Part shown: piece after piece, positions 27,301 to 37,300 of the stretch
How the letters are laid out: each line of letters starts with the position of its first letter
How positions within the stretch are numbered: the stretch's first letter is position 1
DNA from: a virus
Taxonomy: Duplodnaviria > Caudoviricetes
Length of the DNA stretch: 64,000 nucleotides
Virus record (IMG/VR): IMGVR_UViG_3300035182_001315
Reading direction: 5' to 3' (one strand)
Notes under the pieces: model-generated
The model's database searches: none
Told to the model about the DNA's origin: nothing
Seen by the model: the letters and a program-made list of their open reading frames with translations, nothing else
Made by a program: the position numbers and the translations under genes

Positions 27301-29140
27301 CATACTTTTCACAAAAGTGCTTAACCATCAGACGCAGGTACTGACGGCCACGGCAAGTTGTTTCCTCAGCGCAGTCAGAATCTCCCCAGTTAAAGATATA
27401 AGGGGCACCATAGGCACCAAACCATGAGTTGGCCAGAATCTTTAAAGGTAACTGTTTCTTATCATAAAGTCCTACCAAATCTTGATTCTTCTTCAATTCG
27501 TCCTTAAGTGTATCCAATTCTGATTGAATATACTTTGTACCTTCCATCTCCTTAATCTTCGACTTCAATTCCTTTACAATATCCTTATGTTCACCAGTAA
27601 GGAACTTGAACTTGTCACGGGTATCAACCACGTAGGTCAACATCCCTTCCATTACGCCGCTGATATCCAAGTCAGGATAAATATTATGTGTAAGCTGGCT
27701 CTTAGGATACAGAGCCGCATAGTCAAGCTTAACAACATTCTTGTTATAGCCCAATTGAAGAAGTCTTGATAAACCACCTGTGAAGTCTCTCTTGGATTCT
27801 GTTTCAGGAATAGCCAAATTATTTTCAAACGACCATGCTGCCATGATAAGTTTCCACTGAGAAGCGGTACCCATCGTTGAGCTACGGCTATATGTTGTAG
27901 GAAGAATCTTTGAGATAAGGAATGCCGCCTGATTGAAGATAACATCAATCTGTTCAGTTTCCCATAAGTCATCCAGAAGGTAACGCTGTACAATGAATGA
28001 GCCTGTCTTCGCTTCATAACCATCCTTCAATGGCATTCTTTCTGATATCTTGTACCAGTCACCGTTGTTTTCATTGAAAGCATATTGATTCGCAGCATCA
28101 GACCATGTAGTATGAATAAGGTTACCCGGAACATACACACGATTCTTTTTTGCAACACCAGCGTATTGAGTGATATACTTTAAACCCCATGACTTGATAT
28201 CAGAGTTAATCGCCATGGCCCTTCTTACAGAGTGAGCGATGTCAATGATATTGTGACCATAGATAAAGGTTTGTAAGAACGGTTCCATTTCATTGCCCAA
28301 CTTAAGCATCGCTGGCTTTCTCTTGAACTTTGGTAGTCCGTCCAAGCCAACGCAGATGCGGTCGATGTCCAATGAAAGTCTTTCGCATCTGTCAACGATA
28401 AAGCTCCAGTCAAATGATTCGGAGTTATAGCCGGTGATGATATCTGGCTTCAGGAAATTTATTGTTTGGAAGAACTTAATAATGTTCTCTCTTTCAGAAT
28501 CTCTTTTTTGCTGAAGGGTATTGCCTTTCGTTTCGAACACATGCTCGATACCCTTATTATCACGTACACCGATTTGGAATATTGCGTCTCTGCTACCGAA
28601 TAAACCTTCGGTTTCTAAGTCAAACTGAAACCTGTGCAGGTCATTGTAATCATCCATTCCTTTGAACAGACGAATACCTGTTTGAATCATGAATTGTTCT
28701 ACTGGGGAGAAGTTGAAAAACAGCTTGGAATACTGTCTGTCAAACACGTCGATGCCGCCTTCCTTGAAGAATTGGATAAGGTCGTTATAAGATTTCTTAC
28801 ATGTAATCATGTAACGGTAACCATTCTCCAGACGGGCCGGAGTATACCCAGTTGGGTCAGCAGTTGTAAGCTTCTTTATCTTTACACCATGACGCTGGCA
28901 AGCCTCAATTATCTTGAGCCTTTTACCCTCATACATGATTTGAGTTACTTCATGCTTGAACCACAGAAATGATTGATATTCATGCTTTTCTATGGTTTTT
29001 CCGACAGCTGGGTCGTTTACAATAAGATGAACGTAGGGTTCGTTATAGGTTGCTTCAACACCAACCACGTATTTCTTAGGATTGCGTCCGTTCAAGAAGG
29101 CTTCGATGACTTCAGGACTAACTTTTTGCTTTTCTGGCAT
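24338..29140 (-). CDS. polB: Family B DNA polymerase, intein-containing precursor (~1600 aa; ~1239 aa spliced)
   Basis: Exo I FDLETEG, Exo II GYNSESFDW, motif A DYAALYP, motif B KILANSWFG, motif C GD/TDG split by the intein. Start MPEKQK at 29140 preferred over 29179. Confidence 0.93.
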   Translation of the reverse strand: MPEKQKVSPEVIEAFLNGRNPKKYVVGVEATYNEPYVHLIVNDPAVGKTIEKHEYQSFLWFKHEVTQIMYEGKRLKIIEACQRHGVKIKKLTTADPTGYTPARLENGYRYMITCKKSYNDLIQFFKEGGIDVFDRQYSKLFFNFSPVEQFMIQTGIRLFKGMDDYNDLHRFQFDLETEGLFGSRDAIFQIGVRDNKGIEHVFETKGNTLQQKRDSERENIIKFFQTINFLKPDIITGYNSESFDWSFIVDRCERLSLDIDRICVGLDGLPKFKRKPAMLKLGNEMEPFLQTFIYGHNIIDIAHSVRRAMAINSDIKSWGLKYITQYAGVAKKNRVYVPGNLIHTTWSDAANQYAFNENNGDWYKISERMPLKDGYEAKTGSFIVQRYLLDDLWETEQIDVIFNQAAFLISKILPTTYSRSSTMGTASQWKLIMAAWSFENNLAIPETESKRDFTGGLSRLLQLGYNKNVVKLDYAALYPKSQLTHNIYPDLDISGVMEGMLTYVVDTRDKFKFLTGEHKDIVKELKSKIKEMEGTKYIQSELDTLKDELKKNQDLVGLYDKKQLPLKILANSWFGAYGAPYIFNWGDSDCAEETTCRGRQYLRLMVKHFCEKYGFKALVGDSVVFDTPIYLLNNKTKQIEIRPICDLFDSKAELLDEEGLRDYNKKPYLVLTANGWKGINYVYRHETDKTIHRVSTKDRMVCVTEDHSLFQDQKQVKPSNLIRHDKIDIYEYPIYTCNRVSDNEDLFWLYGFFLGDGSSVYGPRKQYYKSRKTGKINTNKGIRAEWKISNQNTEFLERLKKIIEVNFPDVKASVKNHMKSSNVYNLVVCDTGFSKWFSEQFYTSYREKMIPSIVLNTSDVNKRAFMNGVCASDGYGNDLENVSDIGMKSQVAMAGISYLLKGCGINMGYKLKLRKDKENFISFKLRNRNRNNSEFTETTQMKTNEVWLNNPVANRDKNKFVYDISTEDGTFVGGIGGMILKNTDGFNFAFPDNIDEVRYVAKGSHWKTEKNADKELVGLEAVLAEFNEEYMIGRMGLDIDDVCNSTINFSRKNYANDIGGKIKLVGNSIKSKKMPVYIEDFLAKAIRMLLDGDGKSFITYYQDYVDKIYNHNIPLVKIASKSKVKSTLSDYRKRATKKNKAGNPMPKQAHMELALRAGIDVGLGDTLYYVNTGKLKSHGDLKSVKMENGTTEVQLNCRLIEPGIVENDMEMIREMDSLKKMLIDIDRTETQQISEIEEKIAEMEEKLATEEYNVAKYLEAFNKKVKPLLVCFHTDIRSKILLTIKKDKKTKLEKLDDKNIFTEVQCQLVSGMPNEDGDQDTYEELMTMEDKEIKFWDKVNKVPNNMEEAEWNRVRADYHIRKAQEKIDGIIYEQEKLDNIFKRLEAEDIRRIEKTQAIPDEVIVIATVDEDGNFVSRKWDAVLCPIDEIFKYEADANDRQFWYQQSGVTKDKYEAWIAHKIQEEVMTITGQTETVISEKTLKTAISKVQERITEKENSMYIPRTVDKDEDEDDDDDEDEVKDEIDDFIPELQKASFVVEQEVIRKTQNVLLSQVSEKLKTKEIVHQAPPEPPKPFVLQEAAKKVQTMKTTLKLNEDGFNF
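26195..27277 (-). mobile_element. Intein with LAGLIDADG homing endonuclease (361 aa)
   Basis: Extein ...ALVGD | S1-VVFDTP; block B VTEDHSLF; LAGLIDADG blocks YGFFLGDGS and NGVCASDGY; block F VYDISTEDGTF; ends ILKN | T+1 DG. Confidence 0.92.
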
Positions 29141-29247
29141 TAATGTATTTTGGCAAAGAAACCAAAAAGAATGGCTCAATGCAATAAAAAGGTGATAAAT
29201 TTTTTAAGCTTTATGTAAAGCTTATGGCAAAGTAACGATTTTTTAAC

Positions 29248-30459
29248 TTAGAAGTACAAGTTTTCGTCAACCTTTTTTTGTCCAGCAAATTTATCCACTT
29301 CATCAATGATGAATTTCGCAACGTTGGAGATAACCTTAAGGTTAGCAAGAATCTTGTCCTTGTTTCCTTTCCATAAGGCAATATAAGTTGGTTGATGTTC
29401 TACAGGGAGACCGAAATGTTTCATAACAACGTATGCAACGCTTTCAGCTTGTAGTTCCATAACCGCACGGTCAGCTCTTACCTCATCACCTTGGAAATAT
29501 AGAGAAGATTTCTTCCAGTGCATAAGTTCGTGTGCAAGCTCGTGTACAAGAGTTGAGACCTCACCAGCGCCTTCAACGGCTGATGTCATGTTGATATGAT
29601 TACCGGCAGAGTAGCCTTTTTCGCCGCCATTGGCAGCATCGTTTGTAACGTTTATTCCCAAAGCCTCAGCCACTTGTTTCAAGTAACCCATAAGTTCTTT
29701 GGTTCTTTCTGTTGGTTCAGTTTCAGTAAACCAGCTAACTTCTTCAGGTGCGTTACCTCTCTCATCGATGGCTTCGGTATCGGCCATGTCGAATACGTAA
29801 ACTGGGCGGAATCTAATTGGGTTACCCTTCGCTACTTCTTTGTCCAATTCTGTATTGTTGGTTGGGGCCTCTTGGCCACCCTTGTTGAATACCGGCGCAA
29901 ATATCATGATACCCTTAGCACCTTTCTTAACTCTTCTGAAATATTTTGTTTCCCACTGTCTGAAACCGGCAACCTTTGTTGCGTTAGGTCTCTGGATGTA
30001 GATAAGCATTGTATTGAAAAAACTGTGACCCTTGAAGCTGGCGAAGAATGTCAGATATCTTCTGATTTCTGCTGACATTGCCTTCTCATCGGTAGTGTTG
30101 GCCAAATCTTGAACATAAAGGGAAAGCTTATCCATAAGATTGCCTTTACCATCGAAGTCTTCGGAATTTCTAACGAATGCTTCAAGGTCTTCAACCTTTC
30201 CAACGAACTCACTGGTTTTATTGATTTCATTCAATACAGCTTTAGCTTGCTCGAAGTTTGTGATTGGAGCAACCCATGCTTTGATGTCACCATCCCAGTT
30301 AAATAGTTTGTTAGCCTTTAATTTTTCTTTGTTTTTAAAGGTTTCAGCTGATGCTTTCTTTGGGTCCTTTTCATTGGAGAAAACAACAAGTTCTTGCTTG
30401 TCATTGTTCACCTTAAGAATAAGGGCTTCTTCCAAAAATTTCTTGATTAAGTCTTTCAT
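29248..30459 (-). CDS. ardC: ArdC-like ssDNA-binding / zincin-like protein with N-terminal extension
   Basis: HSFFNTMLIYIQRPNATKVAGFRQW...VKKGAKGIMIFAP (ArdC N-domain); HELAHELMH and ELQAESVAY (zincin-like domain). Confidence 0.8.
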   Translation of the reverse strand: MKDLIKKFLEEALILKVNNDKQELVVFSNEKDPKKASAETFKNKEKLKANKLFNWDGDIKAWVAPITNFEQAKAVLNEINKTSEFVGKVEDLEAFVRNSEDFDGKGNLMDKLSLYVQDLANTTDEKAMSAEIRRYLTFFASFKGHSFFNTMLIYIQRPNATKVAGFRQWETKYFRRVKKGAKGIMIFAPVFNKGGQEAPTNNTELDKEVAKGNPIRFRPVYVFDMADTEAIDERGNAPEEVSWFTETEPTERTKELMGYLKQVAEALGINVTNDAANGGEKGYSAGNHINMTSAVEGAGEVSTLVHELAHELMHWKKSSLYFQGDEVRADRAVMELQAESVAYVVMKHFGLPVEHQPTYIALWKGNKDKILANLKVISNVAKFIIDEVDKFAGQKKVDENLYF

Positions 30460-30461
30460 GA

Positions 30462-30833
30462 TTATTTCTTTATGCTACCGTCTAAAACGTTTATGAATAA
30501 TTCCTCATGGATAGGAACGATTAATGTACCTGTTCCGTCAAGAAAATCAATAGTAAATTGACCAACGTAACGACCAACTCTTGCTGTTTCCTTTGCGGAA
30601 AACTGGTATACAAGATAGTATTCGTCACCTACACAGCTCGGCGGAGTAACCAAAGCGGTGCCAGCTCTCTTTCGGCCAATTCTCTTGATACCAGTTACGA
30701 TATCAGTCATGGTGAAGTAGATGTTACCATTCTGGATAAGTTCGAAGAAATGACGAAAATCATTTCTACCATCTTGAATTAGTTCTAACTTGAGAACTGG
30801 AAGTGTTGATTCCTTGTTTATAAAAAATTCCAT
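30462..30833 (-). CDS. Small virion structural protein (BppU N-terminal-like Ig domain)
   Basis: FFINKESTLPVLKLEL...YQFSAKETARVGRYVGQFTIDF pattern; last gene of the adhesin block. Confidence 0.55.
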   Translation of the reverse strand: MEFFINKESTLPVLKLELIQDGRNDFRHFFELIQNGNIYFTMTDIVTGIKRIGRKRAGTALVTPPSCVGDEYYLVYQFSAKETARVGRYVGQFTIDFLDGTGTLIVPIHEELFINVLDGSIKK

Positions 30834-30843
30834 AGTTTATGTT

Positions 30844-32073
30844 TTAAACGGTATAATCGAATACGTTAGTTATTGAAAGATTTCTCGTGTTACCAGTGCC
30901 ACTTTCGTAAAATACAATCGTTCCTGCTGATACACTTGAATCATACCTCACAACATTGTTTATTACAGATTCAGACAAGCTACCAACAATTCTGATTGGT
31001 TTTGCGGCCTTGGTTAATATATTCGAAATGAAAATTCTCGAAGTATTCCCAACCGGCGCAATTCCACCAAATCCGGTATCACCAATGATAACAGCAGATT
31101 GTGTTGTTCCTGTCCCAGCATTATCCAAAACACCGTTAATGAATACATTGTAAATCCTTAATTGGGTCCCAGTGTTCAATAAACGCACATTTTGGTCATC
31201 GGTAGCGCACTTTATATCCCTTACGGTTACATTATAAATATCGTCACCTGACAAAACGATGTCCAAGCCACCAAGCAATGATTGTGTACCATATTGACCA
31301 GCGGTCTCACCAGATACGTTGATTGTAGCAAGTGCAACGCAGTCATCGCCAGTTCTACCGACAATACCCTTAACTACAATATCCTGACAACCACGTTTGA
31401 TGTCAATTCCATCCTGATTCTTACTCCAAACTGAAGTTCCGCTGACAATTCTACTACCTGTACTTGAAAAATCCAAATGAGCCAAACGCCCAGAAGTACA
31501 TCTCTCAAGGGTAATTGCCCACATGTGAGGGTCAACAATCTTGATTCCCTCGATTGAGAAATTGTTTACATTAATCATATAAATTCCGAATCCTCTCCAA
31601 TCTCCAATTTGAGTCTGGCCAGATACACCAGCATCACTACCATAAGAAGTAGAACCGAATTGAGTCGGTGTGAGACTTAAGGTTTTACCAGCATCTCCTG
31701 TAGCTCTTGGATTAAGAGCACCTTTCAGCACTGGGTTACCAATACCCAAAATATGAATATTGGTGTTTGCTGTAACAGCTGTTATTCCAAATCCACAGTT
31801 ATTGCTTCTAAAGAAATTATCTCTTGAAGTATCCGACAATTGAATCAAGCTGTTGTCCATAATTACCGTCATGTTTGATGGTAATAGGATAGCTGAATCC
31901 AAAAGCCATAAAGGGTTTCCCGTTTTTAAATTAATCCTCGGTATGTAGATTTCTCCACGACCAATCGAAGCCGCATAATCTACTGCGGCTTGAATTCTCT
32001 GAGTATCAGTCCCAGTAAAATCATTAGGACTAATATTTCTTGCATTAATATCTACGTGTGTTATAAATGACAT
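30844..32073 (-). CDS. Pectin-lyase-fold (GH28-like) beta-helix protein, probable polysaccharide depolymerase
   Basis: DTQRIQAAVD...IYIP cap; NQDGIDI and TGDDCVAL match the GH28 NTDG/GDD motifs; repeating beta-helix rungs. Confidence 0.75.
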   Translation of the reverse strand: MSFITHVDINARNISPNDFTGTDTQRIQAAVDYAASIGRGEIYIPRINLKTGNPLWLLDSAILLPSNMTVIMDNSLIQLSDTSRDNFFRSNNCGFGITAVTANTNIHILGIGNPVLKGALNPRATGDAGKTLSLTPTQFGSTSYGSDAGVSGQTQIGDWRGFGIYMINVNNFSIEGIKIVDPHMWAITLERCTSGRLAHLDFSSTGSRIVSGTSVWSKNQDGIDIKRGCQDIVVKGIVGRTGDDCVALATINVSGETAGQYGTQSLLGGLDIVLSGDDIYNVTVRDIKCATDDQNVRLLNTGTQLRIYNVFINGVLDNAGTGTTQSAVIIGDTGFGGIAPVGNTSRIFISNILTKAAKPIRIVGSLSESVINNVVRYDSSVSAGTIVFYESGTGNTRNLSITNVFDYTV

Positions 32074-32096
32074 TCTTTACGTTTTACTTGCTCTTC

Positions 32097-34253
32097 TTAT
32101 ATCAAATCCCAATATGTACCATCATTGATGAACACAAAACCTTCACCCGGATTAATGTTATATGATGTTCCAGCTGATGTACTATAAATAGTCGTTGATG
32201 CATCTGAAACATTCATTGTAAGTATACCAGAACCACGGTTCTTAATAGCAAACTCCCAACCTGTTTTACCAGAGATAGGTGGCAATGACCAAGTACCTGT
32301 AGTTCCCGTAAATATGTGAGCGTATGCTGTACCTGTAAGCGTCAATGAAGCTGCACCAGATACCAACACACCAAATGCTCTGTTACCGTTGACCTGAAGT
32401 CTTGCGCCGTTTTCAGAAACTGGGGTTGTGAAACCTAACAGAATATTCTGAGAACCATTACCAAGAATTGCAACGTTGGATACGTTGGTTGTTATACCAG
32501 CACCAATTATTGTTGTGTTAATAATAGCTGAAATGCTATCTGTACTTGTACCAATCAAGATGTTATTATCAAGCAATGTACCATTTACGTTTGCGTTGGT
32601 ACCAATTGCAATATTGTTTACACCGAGTAATACCTGACGAGATGCACTTGCACCAATTGCGATATTCTGGAACGATGGTCTTGTTAGTTTGGATGTACCA
32701 TTCTGCCAGAACATCGCACTTAAACCAATAGCAATGTTGGTATCACCAGACATGGCACCACCAGCCTTTGTACCAATCAAGACGTTATTGTTTGTACTAC
32801 CAGTTGCTTCTTGCATCGCAGAGTCACCGAATACAATGTTATCACTACCATTTTGGTTGTTTAACATTGATGTTCTACCCATTGTTAAGTTTCTACTACC
32901 AGTAAAGTTTGTTGTTTGTGATGCATGGCCAATAGCGATGTTACTTACACCAGTTGTTAAAGCTGAAAGGGCTCTGAAACCAACAGCAGTATTGCTTGTC
33001 GATGCAGTGATGGATGCCAAAGCATCTTCACCAATACCAACGCTCGTGTTGTTTGTTGCGTGACCACCGGCATTTTTACCAATGAACAAAGAAGTAAATC
33101 CAGCAGCAATTGGTGCTCTCATCTCCATCGCTACAACACCAGCAGAATTTTTAACCGCAAAGAATGGTGTAAAAGCTGATTGAGTTGATGGAAGTATGAT
33201 TGTCTGTTGTACAGCATTTGTTTTTCCAGTAATAACAAATTGGCCATTCAATGTAAAGCCAGTAGGATTGAACAAAGCTAAGTCACTTCTATTAATATCA
33301 CTTGTCCCGTTACCGATAACAACAAGTGACTCTGTATTTCCCGTTTTGTTCCAATAACCCATTGCTGAACTACCAGAAAGAAGAGAATATGTACCAATAC
33401 CTCCAGCATTTGAATAATCGCCGATAGCCTGAGTCGAATTACCTTCAGAATGTGAACCAATACCAATAGCTGTTGTACTGATACCTTCCGCATGTGAACC
33501 CTCACCTTGAGAAATAGAACTACGACCTTCAGCGTGTGAATTACTACCATTAGCTGTTGTGGCAGAACCCTCAGCATGAGAATAATCACCGCTTGCAATT
33601 GTTGTCCATCCTTCGGCATGTGCCGCAGTACCTAATGCCTGTGTAAAGAAACCTTCAGCGTGGGAAAAGTTATTAAGTGTTTGTGTTGAGAAACCTTCAG
33701 CATGTGATGATGCACCACTTGTTACAGTTGCCTGTCCTTCAGCATGTGAGTTATTACCCAGAGCTTGTGTACTATTACCTTCTGCATGTGAACCAAAACC
33801 TTGCGCAACTGTACTTGAACCCTCTGAGTGAGAGTTGGTACCCAACGCTTGCGTACCACCGCCTTCCGCATGCGTGAACGCACCTGATGCAGTATTGGTA
33901 TCACCATTTCTCATTTGACCATTTACGGTAATACCACTAAAGAAATCAATTACTGTAGTAAATGTGGCAGTTCCAGTTTTTGCTGTTAATACGTTTCCAG
34001 CGAATGTAAGTCCGCTTAAGGTACCTGTACCACCGCTCGTTCCACCACTTGATGTTACAAACGGGATTTCAATGGTGGAACCATTTACAAGGTTAAGAAT
34101 CAATTGGTTATTATTGGTTGAACCTGTATAGATATCTTGACCCTTCAAGAAAATGAAGTTGTTATCCACATCAGCTTGGCTCAACACACTACCTCTGGTT
34201 TCGTCACCATAAGGGCTGTCTAAGGTTCTTAATATCAATTTATTGTTCGGCAT
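32097..34253 (-). CDS. Tail fibre with YadA/Hep-Hag-like head repeats
   Basis: N-terminal RGSVLSQADVDNNF anchor; 14-aa SHAEG repeats; N(T/I)AIG repeats. Start MPNNK at 34253 follows ATATTTAT at 34267-34274. Confidence 0.8.
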   Translation of the reverse strand: MPNNKLILRTLDSPYGDETRGSVLSQADVDNNFIFLKGQDIYTGSTNNNQLILNLVNGSTIEIPFVTSSGGTSGGTGTLSGLTFAGNVLTAKTGTATFTTVIDFFSGITVNGQMRNGDTNTASGAFTHAEGGGTQALGTNSHSEGSSTVAQGFGSHAEGNSTQALGNNSHAEGQATVTSGASSHAEGFSTQTLNNFSHAEGFFTQALGTAAHAEGWTTIASGDYSHAEGSATTANGSNSHAEGRSSISQGEGSHAEGISTTAIGIGSHSEGNSTQAIGDYSNAGGIGTYSLLSGSSAMGYWNKTGNTESLVVIGNGTSDINRSDLALFNPTGFTLNGQFVITGKTNAVQQTIILPSTQSAFTPFFAVKNSAGVVAMEMRAPIAAGFTSLFIGKNAGGHATNNTSVGIGEDALASITASTSNTAVGFRALSALTTGVSNIAIGHASQTTNFTGSRNLTMGRTSMLNNQNGSDNIVFGDSAMQEATGSTNNNVLIGTKAGGAMSGDTNIAIGLSAMFWQNGTSKLTRPSFQNIAIGASASRQVLLGVNNIAIGTNANVNGTLLDNNILIGTSTDSISAIINTTIIGAGITTNVSNVAILGNGSQNILLGFTTPVSENGARLQVNGNRAFGVLVSGAASLTLTGTAYAHIFTGTTGTWSLPPISGKTGWEFAIKNRGSGILTMNVSDASTTIYSTSAGTSYNINPGEGFVFINDGTYWDLI
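33395..33880 (-). repeat. Coding tandem repeat, 42-nt / 14-aa period (xH(A/S)EG x11 plus one degenerate copy)
   Basis: THAEG, SHSEG, SHAEG..., AHAEG, SHSEG, SNAGG counted in the translation. Confidence 0.85.
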
Positions 34254-34306
34254 GGAGTCTTTAACAATAAATATCAACCCCAGCCCTTTTAGTACAATCT
34301 TTAAAC

Positions 34307-34332
34307 AAAAAAGTGCCCCGGAAGGCACTTTT
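34307..34332 (-). terminator. Terminator after the BNR-repeat gene
   Basis: AAAAGTGCC-CCGGAA-GGCACTTTT stem with a minus-strand T tract. Confidence 0.7.
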
Positions 34333-34350
34333 AAGCTTAATTTTGATTTT

Positions 34351-37300
34351 TTATTGATTTGTAACCGTAGCCGTTAATATTTGTGTATTGTTGGCGTTCG
34401 GAAACCTTGAAACACCAGCCGGTATCGGAATATACATTCTGCCATTCTCAACGATAAAGTAATAATTGAACGGCAAGACTGTTGACGAACCCAGAACTGG
34501 ATATGTAGAGTAATTAGCTGTTTTCCAGTTAAGACCATCCTTTGAAGTCCTTACACCATAGTAATCCAAGATATACAAGTTGTTGAATTCATCAGTTGTC
34601 AACCCATATACGTTACCACCAGCCTCAGAGTATTTTATTAATTTCCAATCAACACCATCAACAGAACGGAATAGACCCTTACCGGCGATACTTGTACCTG
34701 TTATAGTATAAGATATATAGAAAAATCCGTTAAAGAATCTCATAAATGCTGGAGCACCAATAAACGTACCAACCATTTCCTTAGACCAATTGAGACCATC
34801 GTTCGTACTGGTCCAAATGATTGAGTTGTTATTTGATGCAATAAGCCATCTACCGTTGCCGTAAGAAACAGCCGTTAAATCATCCTTGGATTGAAGATAG
34901 ATTTTGGTCCAGTTTATACCATCTGTAGAACGGTAAACATCACCCCACTGACCACCAACGATAAACACACCATTACCAAATCCCGCAAAATAGAATCTAC
35001 CAACCTTGCTTTGATAACTTATTGGTGACACATCGGCCCAATTTATACCGTCAGTACTTCTTAATATAGTTCCACCCGCACCCGCAGCGATATAACAACC
35101 CGCACCGAATACTACATCAATAATAGAAGCGGTATACGCAAGTGGTGTAAAGCATTGAGTCCAGCCAGATGCAATATTTGTTGATGTTCTGAAACCGGCT
35201 CCTGTAGATGTCAATGACATACTAATAGATGCAATGTAGAAATACCTTCCGTTTACTTTCTTTAAAACACCAGCAGCTGGTGATGATGAAGAATTCTTTT
35301 GCCCCTCATTTGTTTTCCATATAAAACCATCGGTTGAATACCATACAATTTTTTCATTCATCAACACAAAATAACCATTTGCATAATTGAGGACTGCCCT
35401 GATAGAGTTATTTTCTGAAAAACCACCATATGCGACCATATTCCAAGTTGCGCCAGAGTCTCTTGTTACAGCAACCTGTCCGTAAACAAGTTGAACAAGT
35501 ACCGTTGTACCAGAACCATTGGTTGCAGATTGGAAAAATTGGTTTGTACCCTGACTCATCAAGGTAGCTGGTGTAGAAATTGTCCAATTAATTGCATCTG
35601 TGCTCTTCACAAGAGAACCATTTTGCATTACATTTATGTATGTGGCACCATCATATACACCAGTAATACCAATCAATGTTGAACCTGATGAGGCAGGTGT
35701 TGGTATTGGACTGGTCCAGCTAATACCGTCATTGGAATAACTGAAACCATTATTATGATAGATAAAGAATGTATTGTTTAGTACCAACGCATTGTTTACA
35801 AGTGTTGATGCGGAGAAAAAAGTTACACCAGACCAAGTTGTACCATCATCGGAAGCCAATGCCTTCACACTCGCCAAGTTTTGAACAGCAATGAATCTTG
35901 AACCATTATTTACAATACGTGATACAGAACCAGTGAAACCAGATGCGGTAGCTCTTGTGGTAAATCCTGTTGCCGCTGACATGCTCATTGACCTAACAGA
36001 ACCAGTTGACGTACCAACAACAGCAATATCACCTAAGATATCTAAACCAGCATATGAAACGTTCGTATCACCAGAAGGTGCAGCGTTCGTCCAAGTTATG
36101 CCATCAAGACTCGTTGAATATGTTCCAAGAGTACCAACCATTAAATATTTGTTGGCTGTTGAGCTATAGTTCACATTTATTATATTTCTGGCGGCACCAA
36201 GGCTAAAACCCCTTGCTGGAACAGCTACCGAGAAAAATGGATTTTCAGGGTTATTGTCAGTTGACTGAATAATGAAACCAAACGAAGCAGCTGGTACCAT
36301 CCATTTGTTATTAATAAACTTAAATGGAAATATCGTTTGAAGGAATGTTGTTGGAAATGATGAATTATTGTTTGTTGCAGCTGCTGAATTACCTTCAGAA
36401 ACTTGTGTATAAGTTACACTACTTCCCGGATTTGTTTGAACATAAATTGGTGAATAGAGAGTCGTAGGGAACAACAAATTTTTGGTTGCATCTATCCTAT
36501 AAACTAAATTCGTAGTAGCTATTATCGGGTGCGCCGTATAACCCCAAGTAACACCATCATCACTTGAGTAAAAAGTTCCAATAGAACCGACAACATAGAA
36601 TACACCACTTTGGTAATATGTCACAGCAATAGCAGCACCAGTGTTTAATGCTGTAAGAACACCCGGATTAGCAATTTGGTCGTAATTCAAATCTGTCCAG
36701 TTAGCACCATTATCAGTACTTCTAAGAACTCTGGCACCAGTCGTAGAAATAGCAATACATGTATTAGCACCATTGCTTGACATAGCGTTGGCAAAACCAG
36801 AACTACCATAATATGTGTTGGTTACATTTGATGTTGACCATGTAATAAAATCATTTGTATAATATGATTGGTTTGCCACAGCAGAAAATACATGCCATCT
36901 ACCGTTGCTGTAAGCAATAGCATTGATATTTTGTGCAATTGGCAATTGTGAGAAAGTCCATGTTAATCCGTCGAAGCTATACCAAATGAGACCAGCTTGG
37001 TTGGCGTATGCAACAAATCTATCACCTAAAAATAAAACCTTTTGTAACGGTGTTTTAACTGATTGAAGTAACGTTGTTGGAATAGCCAATGGAACCTCAG
37101 ACCAGTTGATACCATCAGTTGAGCGATATAAACCATAACCATTAGATGCAGTGGCGGCAAGACCAATTGTCATAACAAATACACCATTACCAAACGCCAG
37201 ACCATCAATTGAAGTGCTCTGAGTCGAATTGGAAATAATTGCATCATTCCAATTTAAACCATCGGTAGAATACGTTAATACAGGGCCAAGCGTTACGTTA

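Noticed and set aside
33395-33880. CRISPR-like array
   Set aside because: The 42-nt periodicity is an in-frame coding repeat with degenerate codons, not identical repeats with unique spacers.
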